Positions 49,790 to 62,262 are shown, numbered from the stretch's first letter. The stretch: DNA of 64,000 bases from Perkinsus chesapeaki ATCC PRA-425 (GCA_013115145.1 JAAPAO010000034.1:1-64000); one strand, 5' to 3'. Program-made: numbers and translations. The notes: generated by a model from the sequence alone, not told the origin.

Positions 49790-52540
49790 TTACTTAGCCT
49801 TAGCCTCATTTTCTAACTCCCCCTCAATAACTTCGCTCGAGTGGGAATCGGAACCAGATCCGCTGCCAGAGCTACCACTACTCCCCTCTGTGGTTTGATC
49901 ATCTAAGACCCCACATGCGAGTAGTAGCGCGGAGCGATGGTACCCTCATCTGACGATGACTCTTCTTCATCGTCATCATCGCTGCCTGGAGCATTGGGGT
50001 CTACTGGCGACCTCCTCATTTTCTCTCCGGTAGCGAAATTGAAGTAATACATTATACCGGTAGAGTCGTAGAAGGGATGCCATTGAGATCCTATCGAAAA
50101 GGTAGCCCATATGATGATGCTATAAGACATCCGAGAGCCGGTATAGGTACCACCATGGCCGGCAGATGCATACTAGAACCTCGTTAGACCGGAGCTGTAT
50201 TTTACTATTTGGACATCGCTTACGCTTACGGCATGCTTCATTGGCAACAGTCGAATAACGAATCTTACCAATTATTGAGGAGGACCACGACTCCTCATCA
50301 TCTGACCTTGATGTGTTGATGGCAAGCTTCACACCAGACTTGCCATCATCTATTGTCGCCTTCTTCGTGCCGCGCATTCCCAACGTTCCAGCTTGGTACT
50401 GAGGAGGGAACTCACCATATGGCCACAGCGTCGGCACCGACTTGTCGCTCAGCAAGGGCTCCAGTTTCAGTTAGTTGGACGTCTTCGTGAGAGGTGTCGT
50501 TAAAAAGATTTGCCTTTAAAGCGACGTAGTCTATCAGGAACGGTTGCATTTCCTTTTCCGGCATGCTCAGCGTCTAAGGGCACCGTGTGGGTTCCCAGGA
50601 TCATGGCATCATCGACTAACCTGTATGTGCTTCATAGCATAGCAGTCATGACAGAAACACTTATCGGTGACTTGGCACCTGGTGAGGAGATGAGTTCCAT
50701 ACCCTCATCTCGGGCAGCTCACCTCAGCCTTGCTGGCATCAGTCCGCAAAGACTGCAGCAGACGAGCTTGAAAGGTGTGTGTCGGCTGCGATGCCCTTTC
50801 TGGTGTAGCTTGTCGTAGCAATCGTGGCATGTATGGTCCCGACACTCCAAACAGTATCTAAGTAGCTTTGCCCGCTCCTCAACCAGCCCATAGGAAGGCT
50901 TACGACAGTGCGGGTCTCTCGGCGCACTCGACACAGGTGATCTTTCCGTTTGCCAGCACAGGTACGTCTATATTGTGCGAGCCGGCATCCCCGAGCGCCT
51001 GGAAGTACACTGACCGACTTGGTGGACTTGGCCAGTTATGGTCACTTTTTTCCAGTTCTCTTTGAGGACCTCCCAACGCTCTGTTTCAGTAGTGAGAGTA
51101 TCGACGCATATGACAATTCTGAACGGGTGTTATTCTTCCTGCGATTGGGGGAAGGAGCGGTAGTACTGGTCTTTTGAGATGTCATTGTATTGCTGATATT
51201 CCTCAGCGAAGATCTTCAGGAATTTCTTTAGTGTCCTAACCTGTCGATAAAACTGTCGTCTCGAACCAGGCATGCCGGTTCGCCGCCTTACCAGATGTCC
51301 CTCTTGAGCCAGATCGACTCCAAATATCTTGCCCAGTTTTTGCAGCTGCAATGGACTAACGAGTGGCTCTAATGCGGCTCCCGGTTGGGAGTGGATGAAC
51401 TCGTAGCCCCATAATAGACGATGAACTCGAATTCTCAGAATCTAATGGCGCAGGTTCGATCCCCGACGCTGTCATTTTGTTCCCGACATCTTCCCTGTCT
51501 TCAGCTGTTCTAGAATATTCCAATAGCTGCCGGAAGTAGTCGTACATGGGATGCTGCCAAGTGGTGACCTAAATACCAATCCAACCAGTCATGCCACTAA
51601 CGCCTACTCTGGTCTCTGAGTTGGTGAAACACACTATACTGCCTATCCCTTTGTAGCTCGTCCATGGCATCGGTAGTTCAGCCTCGGAAAAGGCTTCGAC
51701 AACCCATCTAAAATGGAAAGCATTAACCTTGATCAATTGTTTTATATTATACATGTGGTCCATATCAGCCTCTGGGTCCATACAGAGATACTCCATCCAT
51801 TCTGACTCACCTATTTCAAGCAGTTATTTCGATAATAATGAATGCTGTTGCCGTGTCTTACTGGGAGTGTCTTCGGTGCACAACAGCACCACTTGTTTTT
51901 GTAAGCGTCTAAGGGCTCTTTGTGTGACTGAATCGTCAATGCCAAAGAGGATGAATGGATCTGCGTCTAAGTAGTCGAGCTCGGCCAAAGATACTGAACC
52001 CTTTTTTTCCAGGTATCTTTGATAGTAAGATATTTTTAAGCTCAACTTGCTAACCTTGCTCACCCCACAGCCCAGCTCCACGTATCATCCAGTGATGAAT
52101 TATAATCAGCAATAACATTATCAACTGTTTGCCAGCTAACTGCGTATCTGATTATATCGTGTAGTACACAGAGCTACACCGCAGCCGTACTCGGGCCCTG
52201 TTCTGCCTCGACCTTCTCTTATAGTTAGGTAGAGGTTGGCACCGGATTCAGTAGGCAATATGGAACGGAAGTTTACGGGTATCTCTCCCTCAGTGATATA
52301 CCCCTCAGAATTGCGATGCCGAAATCGGTATCTGCGGTATTCTTATGTGTACCCGTAGCGTGGCGAATGGGTTCTACAGTGACTGCTCGTCAAGAGACTT
52401 CTTGGATTCAAATAGATGCCCGAAGAGCTGAACTCGATGTCTCTTCTTAATCTGCAATGGACACTAAGATGTCTCTTATACCTATCAGTAGCTCTTGCGG
52501 CTTACCATCGTTCGAAGCTGTGAAGTTAATAATGCGGCGA
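49790..52540 (-). CDS. WW-domain/B-box zinc-finger protein, CEP164-N-terminus-like (5' end approximate)
   Basis: YLCMDPEAD...WVVEAFSEAELPMPW, HPMYDYFRQL, FGVDLAQEGHL, CVECAERP, YCLECRDHTCHDCYDKLHQKGHRSRH, WHPFYDSTGIMYYFNFATGE. Confidence 0.7.
51442..51487 (+). other. Intron of the minus-strand WW/B-box gene holding an antisense tRNA 3' fragment
   Basis: + strand ctaatgGC-GCAGG-TTCGATC-CCCGA-CGCTGTC-A-ttttgttcccgac; GT-AG on - strand, removal gives EDRED|ILRIRV in frame with the next ORF. Confidence 0.65.
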
Positions 52541-53133
52541 CTTTCCTAAAGATTGCGCAGATTACAGGTGTGTAAAAACGTCCATAAGTGTGCTAAAAAA
52601 TCCGAAATAATCGTCATGTCTATGCATGACTTTTCTTCTATGCTGTGATATGGTTAGCCCTCATATCGCATACTATCGTGTGCCATTCTCAAGTAGAGCG
52701 GTGACTTATCAATACTATTGTGAGCTCTACTCGGGCACGTAGAGCACTAGCTCCATAGTAACACAAGTTAATTACAACGCTTGAATGATGACATTCGCAC
52801 ACTAGACAGGTTGAAGGGTTATGTAGTCATAAACATATTACTTGTATGAGCATCTATAGCACATTGTATTTGCTCTTTAATAGGTCACCCTACTGACCAA
52901 TCGATGTATCATTCTTGCCTATTGGCCACCGTATTCGATACCATGTATAACTCATTGTGTGTTACTGTGTGAAGTATTCTTCGTGAAAGGGTATAACAAA
53001 GCTTGCGTTTAATAGCATTATATATTTTTGTGTGATATATTATTATGATGTGATTCACTGCATTTCCTACTAGTTTTTTCCGTTGATATCGAGCCGTTGG
53101 CGGTTGGCCTTTTTTTCTTAATCCTCCTAAAAC

Positions 53134-56100
53134 ATGCCGCTGCGTCTGGACATCAGAAAGAAAATGAATGCTCGATCTGATCGAGTGAAGTGCGTAGACT
53201 TCCATCCTAGTCCAGACCTACCCTGGGTACTAACAGCAGCACCTCACTATGGTCTTCATTGTTGCCGTATCACCAGGTGCTAAGTGCTATGTACTCCGGT
53301 AACCTTTATATCTGGGACTATAAGACCCAGGCCTTAGTGAAGCAAGTTGAGGTATCTGCACCCTTACCGGTAAGGGGGCCTATTGGGGGAGTGTTGTGAT
53401 GGCGGGTGATGAGTAGGTAAGATGCGCCAAGTTCATACCGCGGAAACAATGGATCATTGCGGGATCGGATGATATGAATCTGAGAGTTTACAATCAGAAC
53501 ACTTTGGAAAAGATAAAGGTGGGCATTTTGGTATTAAAGCAGATGAGGAGGCTGCTGACCTACTTAGACTATAGAGGCCCATGGGGACTACATTCGGTAT
53601 ATAGCAGTCCATTCGACTTTACCGTATGTACTGTCTTGTTCGGATGATATGACTATTAAGCTGTGGGATTGGGACAAAAACTGGGCCTGTACTGCCACGT
53701 TTGAGGTAGTAGGCTTCGGAGACGGCGCTGCTGGAATGAGGGATATGTAGGGTCATGCGCACTATGTTATGATGGTGCAATGGAATCCTAAGGATATTTA
53801 CATCTTCGCCTCAGCTAGTTTGGACCGCACTATCAAGGTAATTTGGGGGAAATATGGTATGAATTCCAAGTCGTATTTGGTAGGTATGGGGTGTTACTGG
53901 TGGCTCAACTACACCACATTTCTCACTTACTGGTCACACAAGAGGTGTTAATTGTGTAGAGTACAGCCCTTCTAAGGACAAACCGTAATGCTTGGGAGGG
54001 GCAGGTCACCGAGTAGCACTGCTGTACAGGTACTTGGTCTCTGGTGGAGATGATAAGACCGTTAGAGTGTGGGACTATCAGACTAGGCAATGCCTGCAGG
54101 TAGAAGCTTTGTAGGCCATATCGTTGGTATATCATCACAGGTCCTTACCGGCCACACCGCCAATATATCTTCAGTACTGTTCCACCCTTCTCTGCCTGTT
54201 ATCCTATCTGGCAGTGAGGATGGGACCTGTAGAATATGGCACTCTACTACGTAAGTGAGGAGTAGGGAAGCACATCTATTGTATAGTAGATACCGTTTGG
54301 AGACCACATTGAACTATCTATTGGAGAGGTTATGGAGCATCGCCTGCTTGCCGGGCACTAATGATGTTGCTTTGGGATTTGACGAAGGTAGGGAGGGCTC
54401 CGGTACTTGAGTCACCATATAGAGTTATACTATTATACTACTACAGTTGTGGTGTGATATAGATTAGTATTATTAGTAGTATACTAGGAGGCATTATGCC
54501 TAGTAATGATGGCATATCTTTTCTACTATATAATATTATCTCTACATCTTATACGGTTCAGCCAATCTTTTGAAGAGTGATTCATTAACCCTATACAGCG
54601 CTATTCCTATGCTGACTGGGTAAAGAAGGAGTTCTGCTTGTTGTAAAAATGTAAATGTGCTCACCTTAACATATAATGATATACTATTAGATGGTAAATA
54701 GTATATAATTGTCCTTGGGAGAAAATGTCTCCATTTGTGCAATTGTACCTTTAAAGATGGCCACCGAAGCGTGGAGTATCTTAGAGCTTCACTGTGGTGT
54801 AATCAGGTACTATGGTGATCCAGCTGGGATCCGAGGAACCAGTGGTGTCAATGCATTCGGGAGGAAAGATAGTCTGGGCGCGCGGGAATGATATCCAGAC
54901 TGCTAACCTGAGACAAGTGGATGATCATGTGTTGGGTAATAATGAGGGGATGTGGGCTAATCATACAGCGTCTGGAAATACTCGTCATTGGTATTAAAAT
55001 ATTATATAGTAGAACCTTATAGCGACTGTTGTGGTCACAGTAACAATAATGTATAGCATGAAACAACAGAGATAATACAAGAATGATATAACCTAATAGT
55101 AACAATAATGATAATAATAAAGCATTATATTATTATAAATAATACAAAGGCAATATATAGATATGCTAGGGCTAGGCTTGGAAGTGCACATCCATACGTT
55201 GGAGATGATCGGCTTGATGCTTTGCTGTGCTTTGATGAATAGTCTTCCTTGTTCTTTTCTAGATACCCTAGGTGACGGTGAAATGGTACCATTGTCTGTA
55301 AAGGATATGGGATCAACAGAAGTGTTCCCACAAACTATATCACATCATCCTAATGGTAGACTATTTGCGGTTTGTGGTGATGATGAATGGATTGTATTCA
55401 CTGCACAGGTAGCACCAGGGGTATATGGTATAATGTTCACTTAGATTTGAAAAAGTTGGTATGAGAATAGAACGACGTAGACTAAGTTGATCATCGGCCT
55501 TTGAATGTCTTTGTATAATGCTAGGGATACTTGGTACAATATTCGTGTGAATATGAAAAGTTTGGTATAAGATTAGAAACAGCCGCTGATACCGGATTGC
55601 TAGACCTGAAGGGTATGCTTAGGGCTTTCGTGGCTAGAAACAGCGAGAACGAAGGGTATATGGTAGGATTTTAGTACAAACATGGAAAGGTTGGTATGAA
55701 AATACGACCGCATACCCACGTTTTGCGTGAAGGCAGCTAAATACGGCTGAGAACTATACGTCCGTGAGGGTCTTAGAAAGTAAATAAAATGGGCTCTGCA
55801 TTACATCGTCAATACTTATATAAGCTCTGTCTTTGAGCGCCCCTATACCTTTTGCCGGCCACAAGGTTCCACCTGTAATATTTCAAAGTCCATTATATCA
55901 CTAAAACTTTAAACGTTGTTAATTGGTCATTATACTGGCGCTCATATCAGGCCCTTCGTAACAAGGCTTTTGGTAGCGGTTGTGAGTTTGTGTGGGCGGC
56001 TAGTGGTGCAGCATCGGGTACCTATTATGCCACTAGAGATGCCTCGGGTAGAATAACCATTTATAAGGACTTTGCTGAGGAGACATCCTTCAAGCCACCC

Positions 56101-59100
56101 TTCCCAGTTGATGAGATCTTCGGAGGTAGGTGTCGCGGGTTCGATCCCTGGGGACGGCATTTTTCAGGTTATTTACTCTGTGTTAAGACCTCCGACTTCG
56201 TCTGTTTCTATGACTGGAGTAGCAGCAGGCTCATCAGGCGTATCGATGTGGTGCCTACTTCTGTTATTTGGAGCGAATCTGGCGACTATGTCGTTTTGGC
56301 CACCGAAGATGACGGTGCCTTCGTAACGCCTTCCCTTGAAGCTTCACCGTTCATCTGTTTTGATAGGTCCTCCGCTACGACAGGGACTCTGTGGTAGCAG
56401 CAATAGCAGGCGGAGCTGATCTTGATGATGAAGGTCTCGAGATAGCGTTCGAGCCAACCTATGAGGTGGGTGGCGAGGTGGTATATGTGACAATAATAAT
56501 GATGCTTTTATTAGTTACCAAGTGAAAAGGTTATGTCGGGCACCTGGTGTGGCAATGATTCGTTTGTTTACATCTCATCCAATCAGAAGTTATGTTGCCT
56601 TGTCGCTGGTCAAACTGAAGTCATTGCTCACACTGATCGGTAAGGGGAAGCTAAGACTGAGTTCTTGGTGTGTTGTCTATGGTCGTCTTAATATTACTTC
56701 TTAGCATTTTTGCAGTATATAGATAGTCCATATCCATATACATGACCACGTCGATAGGTTGGTTAGGAGAAGAAAGCTCGGGATTTCCGGGCCGAAAAAC
56801 AAACCTTCACGAATTTCTTCGTATATGTACCAGATTTAAAGAGTGACCTCAACGTAGAGGGGAGGGGGGATTTCCGGCTGATAATTTGGAACCTGTTTAT
56901 AATGGTCTTTATCATTATTGAGAGCGCCTTTCGTTTGTTGGCTCACCTCAACAACAATATCGCAGTCGATACGCGGAAATAGTACTTTATTTTTATCACA
57001 CTGGCGAAGTATCGATGATGCTGTTTTCATTCAGGCCTTTGTATGTGTTGGGGTATATGCCGGAGCATGGTAAGGTTTACTGTATGGATAGAGACTATAA
57101 TGTTATCTCATTCGGGTAGGCTGTAGCTTCATACCGCTCCTTTCTCTATTCCCCGAACTTTAGATTAAGTCTCGCTTTGATTCAATACGAGAGTGCAATA
57201 GTAAGGCAGGACTTCTCCACGGCTGAACAGTGCTTTCCATGTAGCGTTATTTCTAAATCTTCCTAGTGCGGAATATCTTCCACGTTTCAGCGATCCCCAA
57301 GTCCCTATATAATAAGGTTGCTCGATTCCTAGAAAGCCAGGGCCACATCAGAGAGGCTCTTGAGATCACCACCGATAAGGACCACAAGTAGGCAAAGTTG
57401 TGATGGTCTAAGCGTAGAGTTGGCCGTGTGCTCTAGGTTGGACTTGGCGCTTAATCTTGGCGACCTTCAATTGGCTGGAGAGATAGTAGGGGAATTAACA
57501 GCACAGTTGCCGGCTGGAGCTGATAAAAGTGTTAACTATTCTAAGTGGAAGCAAGTTGGGGATCAAGCATTGAAGCAGGTAATGGGGCAGTGGGGGATGT
57601 GGAAGATACTCTTATATAAAGTAAAGTCGATGATAGCTATCGTAGATGTGGACAATAGGGTCCATCCATTTGGCACTTTGATAATGCATATAGATGCTGC
57701 TTTCTAATCTGCCATGTGGTATATAGCAAAGGTACTGACAACTATATAAAATTACAGTATATTACAGCATTTAGGGCATAACAGTATTAGGTAATAGTAA
57801 TGATATTAATAATAGGTTACCGTAGTAATAGTAATAATATTAATAATAGGGTACCGTAGTGATAGTAATAATATTAATAATAGGGTACCGTAGTAATAGT
57901 AATAATATTAATAATAGGTTACCGTAGTGATAGTAATAATAGGGTACCGTAGTCATAGTAATAATATTAATAATAGGGTACCGTAGTAATAGTAGTAATA
58001 TTAATAATAGGTTACCGTAGTAGTAGTAATAATAGGGTACCGTAGTCATAGTAATAATATTAATAATAGGTTACCGTAGTAGTAGTAATAATATTAGTTA
58101 TAGGTTACCGTAGTGATAGTAATAATATTAATAATAGGTTACCGTAGTAGTAGTAATAATAAATCCGTTGGTTTTAGGGTGACATCAATCTTGCTACTAC
58201 CTGCTACCTCCAAGGCGCAGATGTTACTGGTCTTATGTTAATAGCCCAGGCCACTGCCGACCGTGCACTACTGGGAAAGGTCGCTGCTATGGCAAAGGAA
58301 AAAGGTAACCAACAGCGGAGCGAAGCCCGAAGATGTGTCGTATTTTAGAGATGTGGAATGTGGCCTTCTCCGCTTACTTACTACTTGGTGATGCGGAGAG
58401 CTGCACTGATGTCCTTGTGGAGTCTCATCGGCTCCCAGAAGCAGTGTTCTTTGCTAGAACGTAGGAGCTGGGTCGACGCTGCGATGTGGGAGGATTGTGC
58501 ATGAAGAATTTTTGGGCTTTGATATGGGTATCTTAGGGTAGATAGATTATTATGGTTTTAATAATCAATAGTGATGCTGACACGGTTGAGATTGATAAGT
58601 ATCATACTTATGAAACACTAACTGTTCTAAATTTATATACAGTATATAATTTATTATTGGTGCTTGAATACAAACCAGTATGAATAATTATTATATAGTA
58701 ATTCACCATTTCTTTGTATTTTCTGAGGTGGACGAAGAGGACCTTTATTTATCTATCTCGTTGCTCACAGGTACTGCCCATCCAAGCTGGTGGATAAGGA
58801 CAGTAACCTATTCGAGGAATGGAGGGAAGATCTTACCAGTGTAAATGCACAGGTAGGCAGGAGGGAGGGATATAGTAGATGAGGATGGTATTGTACAGTT
58901 GGCATCGAGTTTGGCTGATCCTCGTAATGAGACTTATCAAGATAAGTTGTTTTCGGAGATGAGCACTACACTGAAGGCTGAGAGGAAGAGGTAGGTCGGA
59001 CAAAATAGTGTGTGGTGAGGAGGGGGAAGGGTTGTGTTATTTAATAGATGTATACTTACTATTTATATAATTATTAAGTATATTTATTAATAATATAGCA

Positions 59101-59721
59101 GCACCATGGCATATGAATATTAAAAAATATATGAATGGTCTCAGGGAGGGCTCCAAGGCTGCTGTGGCTGCAGTGCCGGCTGGTCGTTATAAAGAAGAGA
59201 GGAACTTATTGGATGTAGATGTTGTGACGGAGATGGCACAGAATGAGCAAGGATTCTATAGCAAGATGGGATGGTGAGTTAACCTATTTTGTATCTTGCA
59301 TGCTTAACCTTGAGATATCTTAGGTCCGGACCGTCAGCGCCATCTACTCTATTGCCCGTCAACGATAGCTCTCCTTCCGAGAGAGCTCCCTCAGCAACCC
59401 CAGAGCCCGTCGCTCCCGCTGCTCCTCATGAGGTACGCGTGGTTTCATAATCGAAAGGTCGCTGGTTCTATCCCTGCATCCCGCACTTTTGTCAGGCATC
59501 CTCGCAAAGTGTCCAGTCCGACAGTGCTGCATCCTCTTCTCCTGGCGTCGTGGATGTAAGTAGCAGTAAGCCCGGTACATCCTATCTGCTCCTCTCAGGA
59601 CGGCGTTCTAGTTGAATCGGAGCACCACGAATATCACTCGGTAAGGCCCCTCCCTCCTGTACACGTGACGATGTGCTTTCAGGACGGTACAGCATCCGCT
59701 GGACCGGGTGATCTACTTTAG
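53134..59721 (+). CDS. COPB2: Coatomer subunit beta' (SEC27), many exons
   Basis: [65 protein letters not shown]...FYDW; acidic tail ends GPGDLL*. Confidence 0.97.
54520..54640 (+). repeat. Dispersed intronic repeat, copy A (COPB2 intron 54388-54806)
   Basis: TTCATTAACCCTATACAGCGCTA (54581-54603) is the exact reverse complement of 62634-62656, with degenerate similarity on both sides. Confidence 0.75.
56126..56167 (+). other. Intron composed of a tRNA 3' fragment (in COPB2)
   Basis: gtaggtgtc-GCGGG-TTCGATC-CCTGG-GGACGGC-A-tttttcag; removal gives EIFG|GYLLCV. Confidence 0.78.
57806..58160. repeat. AT-rich minisatellite in a COPB2 intron (11 copies of a 34/25-nt unit)
   Basis: Unit TAATAATAGG(T/G)TACCGTAGT(A/G/C)(A/G)TAGTAATAATAT; short units lack 9 nt. 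Confidence 0.93.
59433..59495 (+). other. Intron composed of a degenerate tRNA-Met(CAT) 3' two-thirds (in COPB2)
   Basis: gtacgcgtggt-TTCATAA-TCGAA-AGGTC-GCTGG-TTCTATC-CCTGC-ATCCCGC-A-cttttgtcag; removal gives APHE|ASSQS. Confidence 0.8.
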
Positions 59722-59935
59722 AAGGTGTTGAAGGTATCGTCTGTATCGGTGTTATGGTGATGATACTTTCATATAGCGTTTCAATACAAAAGCTGAAGGT
59801 TGTGTTATTATCGAGTGTAATGTAAAGGCAACTCCCAATCGAACGAACCACCACATTTCCGCGACAAGGCGTTCAAGTGCTATCGAGCACCTGTAGACGA
59901 TAAATACTGCTTTAGCGGAGCGAAGTTTTTTGTGA

Positions 59936-61870
59936 ATGGTGACGACTGATGGCATTCTTGCAGCCTCAAGATGGAGGTCTCTAAGCATGAGCTTTATCCT
60001 GGTCATCCTCGCTGGTGTTGGGTATTGCTTTCCATTGTACAGCGATGCCCTTATGTCCTCATTAGAGATGAGCCCTGCCCAACTAACCATGGTAACCTGG
60101 CTCTAGGAAGTATTCAAATGGCTTAATTAGTAGGTGCCTGCCCTGCTGAATGTTGGCGGAGGGTTGGTAGCACCAGCTGGGTTGTGTATATCTAAATATG
60201 GTCTAAGAGTATCTATAGTCACTGCTGGTTGCATTATGCTTATCGGGTGAGGGAGAGTGAATTTGAGACGTCTACGTCTGACAACGGGGGTATCGGTTCT
60301 CCTATTACGGCAGATATCCGAAACCGTTTGAACTGTTATTAGATTAAAATGATCATTCATCCATTAGAGTTATATATTATCCTTTCTCGCCTAACTGTAT
60401 CCATTGGACACCTTGGGCCCCGACTCGCATAATAAGATGGAGCTGGAAATACGGAAGGGAGTTCTCCAAATTTTTTATCGCATCGGTCGGCTAATGAATC
60501 GTTAGCCGTCAGCATCATTAGTAATGATGCGTTGGAGACACCAATGCCTCCTCCTCAATCTGACATGTCTGTCGGTTTAGACTACTTGTCTGCAGATGAC
60601 GGTATGTATTAGGTACCTTGGGATGTATGCCATCAGCACCATAGAAGGCATTGGTTCAATAGTATTAGCCTATCTATTGGCCTTTATTATGGGTCAAGGA
60701 TCTGGATGGATCGATTGCATAAGCGTTACAGCCAATACGACTAACTTCTCTGAATCCAAGGGGCAAGTGACAGGCATCACGAAATGCATATTTGGCCTGG
60801 CTGCACCAACCGTTACATTACTTTACACAGCACTGCACAACCCAGAGAGATCCTCCCTAACTTTCCTACTATTGGTAGTTCTAATGGTGCTACTAGTGGT
60901 ACCTCTATCAACCTTGTTTGTATCTTTGGACCCTTCTCCCTGTCCTTCAAGTGAGGCCCTACATCCCCCCTTTGCTCGGGTCAATGCCATCGGGCTCACT
61001 TTGGCGCTCTTGCAGCTGCTTAATTTTTTCCTGGGTCTACCCAAGCTCATCAGCCTGGCTCTCGTCGTCGTGTTATTCACCATTATGGTAGCTTTACCAT
61101 TAACTGCTGCTAAACGTCACCTTGCCACGCCCTTAGGGTACACCTCGGTCGTCCCCACCAGAGCCGACACTCACCAAGGCTTCTATTATACCGGCAACAC
61201 TCCGCTAAAAAGCCCCCTCTTTTGGTTTGCCTTCGTTGGCTTGTCTGCTGCATTCGGCGGTGGTTTGGCCTTTATGAACAACCAAGCTCAATTGTTACCT
61301 CCGGAGATTCCCGATCGTCCCCGTACCGTCGGTGCCCTCCTAACAGTGGTGACAGCCTCCAGTGCAGCATCAAGGGTTATCATTGGTTGGGCAGCAGACA
61401 GAGTTAAGGTCCTTACTAGACCGGGATATATAGTGATATTGATTACCACTATGATAGTGGCATTCCTGGTATACTGTATTATTAATTTAATCGATAATAT
61501 TGTTAATGTTAGATACTGTCCAATTCACCATCAGCACCCGCCACACTCTTCATCTGTGGTCCTCTGATTGGCTTCTGTTTTGGTGGTCTATGGTCCTTAA
61601 CTCCTCCACTTTGTGCCGACCTTTTTGGTGACCATAACCTTCCACTAGTATACTCATCAATGCGTGGTACATTGCTAGTTGGTAAGCCCCCTCTGTACCC
61701 TCTTCCCTCATGCCCCGCTAGGTGCCCTTCTCATCGCCTCGGCCACTATGAGCGTTTTCTACACCCCCGCATACCGTTACTCCCGCTCCTTCGGCGCAGT
61801 GGCTGTAGTCCTGACTGTAGCCGGCCTACTACCGTGGTTGGCCATAGCCCTTAAGACCCGAGCCTGGTAG
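59936..61870 (+). CDS. MFS transporter, nodulin-like/Mch1 family, multi-exon
   Basis: RWRSLSMSFILVILAGVGYCFPLYSDAL, NTTNFSESKGQVTGITKCIFGL, FWFAF...GGGLAFMNNQAQL, SRVIIGWAAD, GFCFGGLWSLTP. Confidence 0.85.
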
Positions 61871-62262
61871 TAGTCTGCTGCTACTGCCGAGGTATCGTTA
61901 TGCTCAAATTCGATCAGGTACTCATCATAAATGTTGCCCCTGAAGCCCCTTTTGTATTATTACTGTTTGTTCTCTACCATTATAAGCATCTTGTTGCACC
62001 ACTCTTAATTGCGTTACACTCAGTGTTGAACCCGAAGACACCATCGAGGATGTCCCAACTCGCACTTTTCTAGTAACCTCTACAAATCGAGTCTAGAGCC
62101 AGACTTAAGCCCTAGTGAGATGAGACTCGTGCGGGATGGATCACTGCAGCACTCCCAGCTTGCTCTACCGGTAGCCTATCCCTCGATTGAATAACACGTT
62201 CCCAATGGTACTTTAAAAACGCAACAGTTGATGCGTCGGTCTACTAGTATTGAATAAACTCT

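Noticed and set aside
51260-51285. Palindrome CGAACCGGCATGCCTGGTTCG in an intron containing GGTTCGA
   Set aside because: Forms a simple hairpin without tRNA T-arm or acceptor spacing; not counted among the tRNA-derived introns.
57806-58160. CRISPR-like look of the repeat array
   Set aside because: No unique spacers, no cas genes, and it lies in an intron of a eukaryotic gene; it is a minisatellite.
25664-59495. Calling the intronic tRNA-like pieces functional tRNA genes
   Set aside because: All lack the 5' acceptor strand and D-arm; they are fragments.
59359-60090. Minus-strand ORFs of 73-112 aa
   Set aside because: Explained by plus-strand exons of the COPB2 tail and the MFS 5' end.
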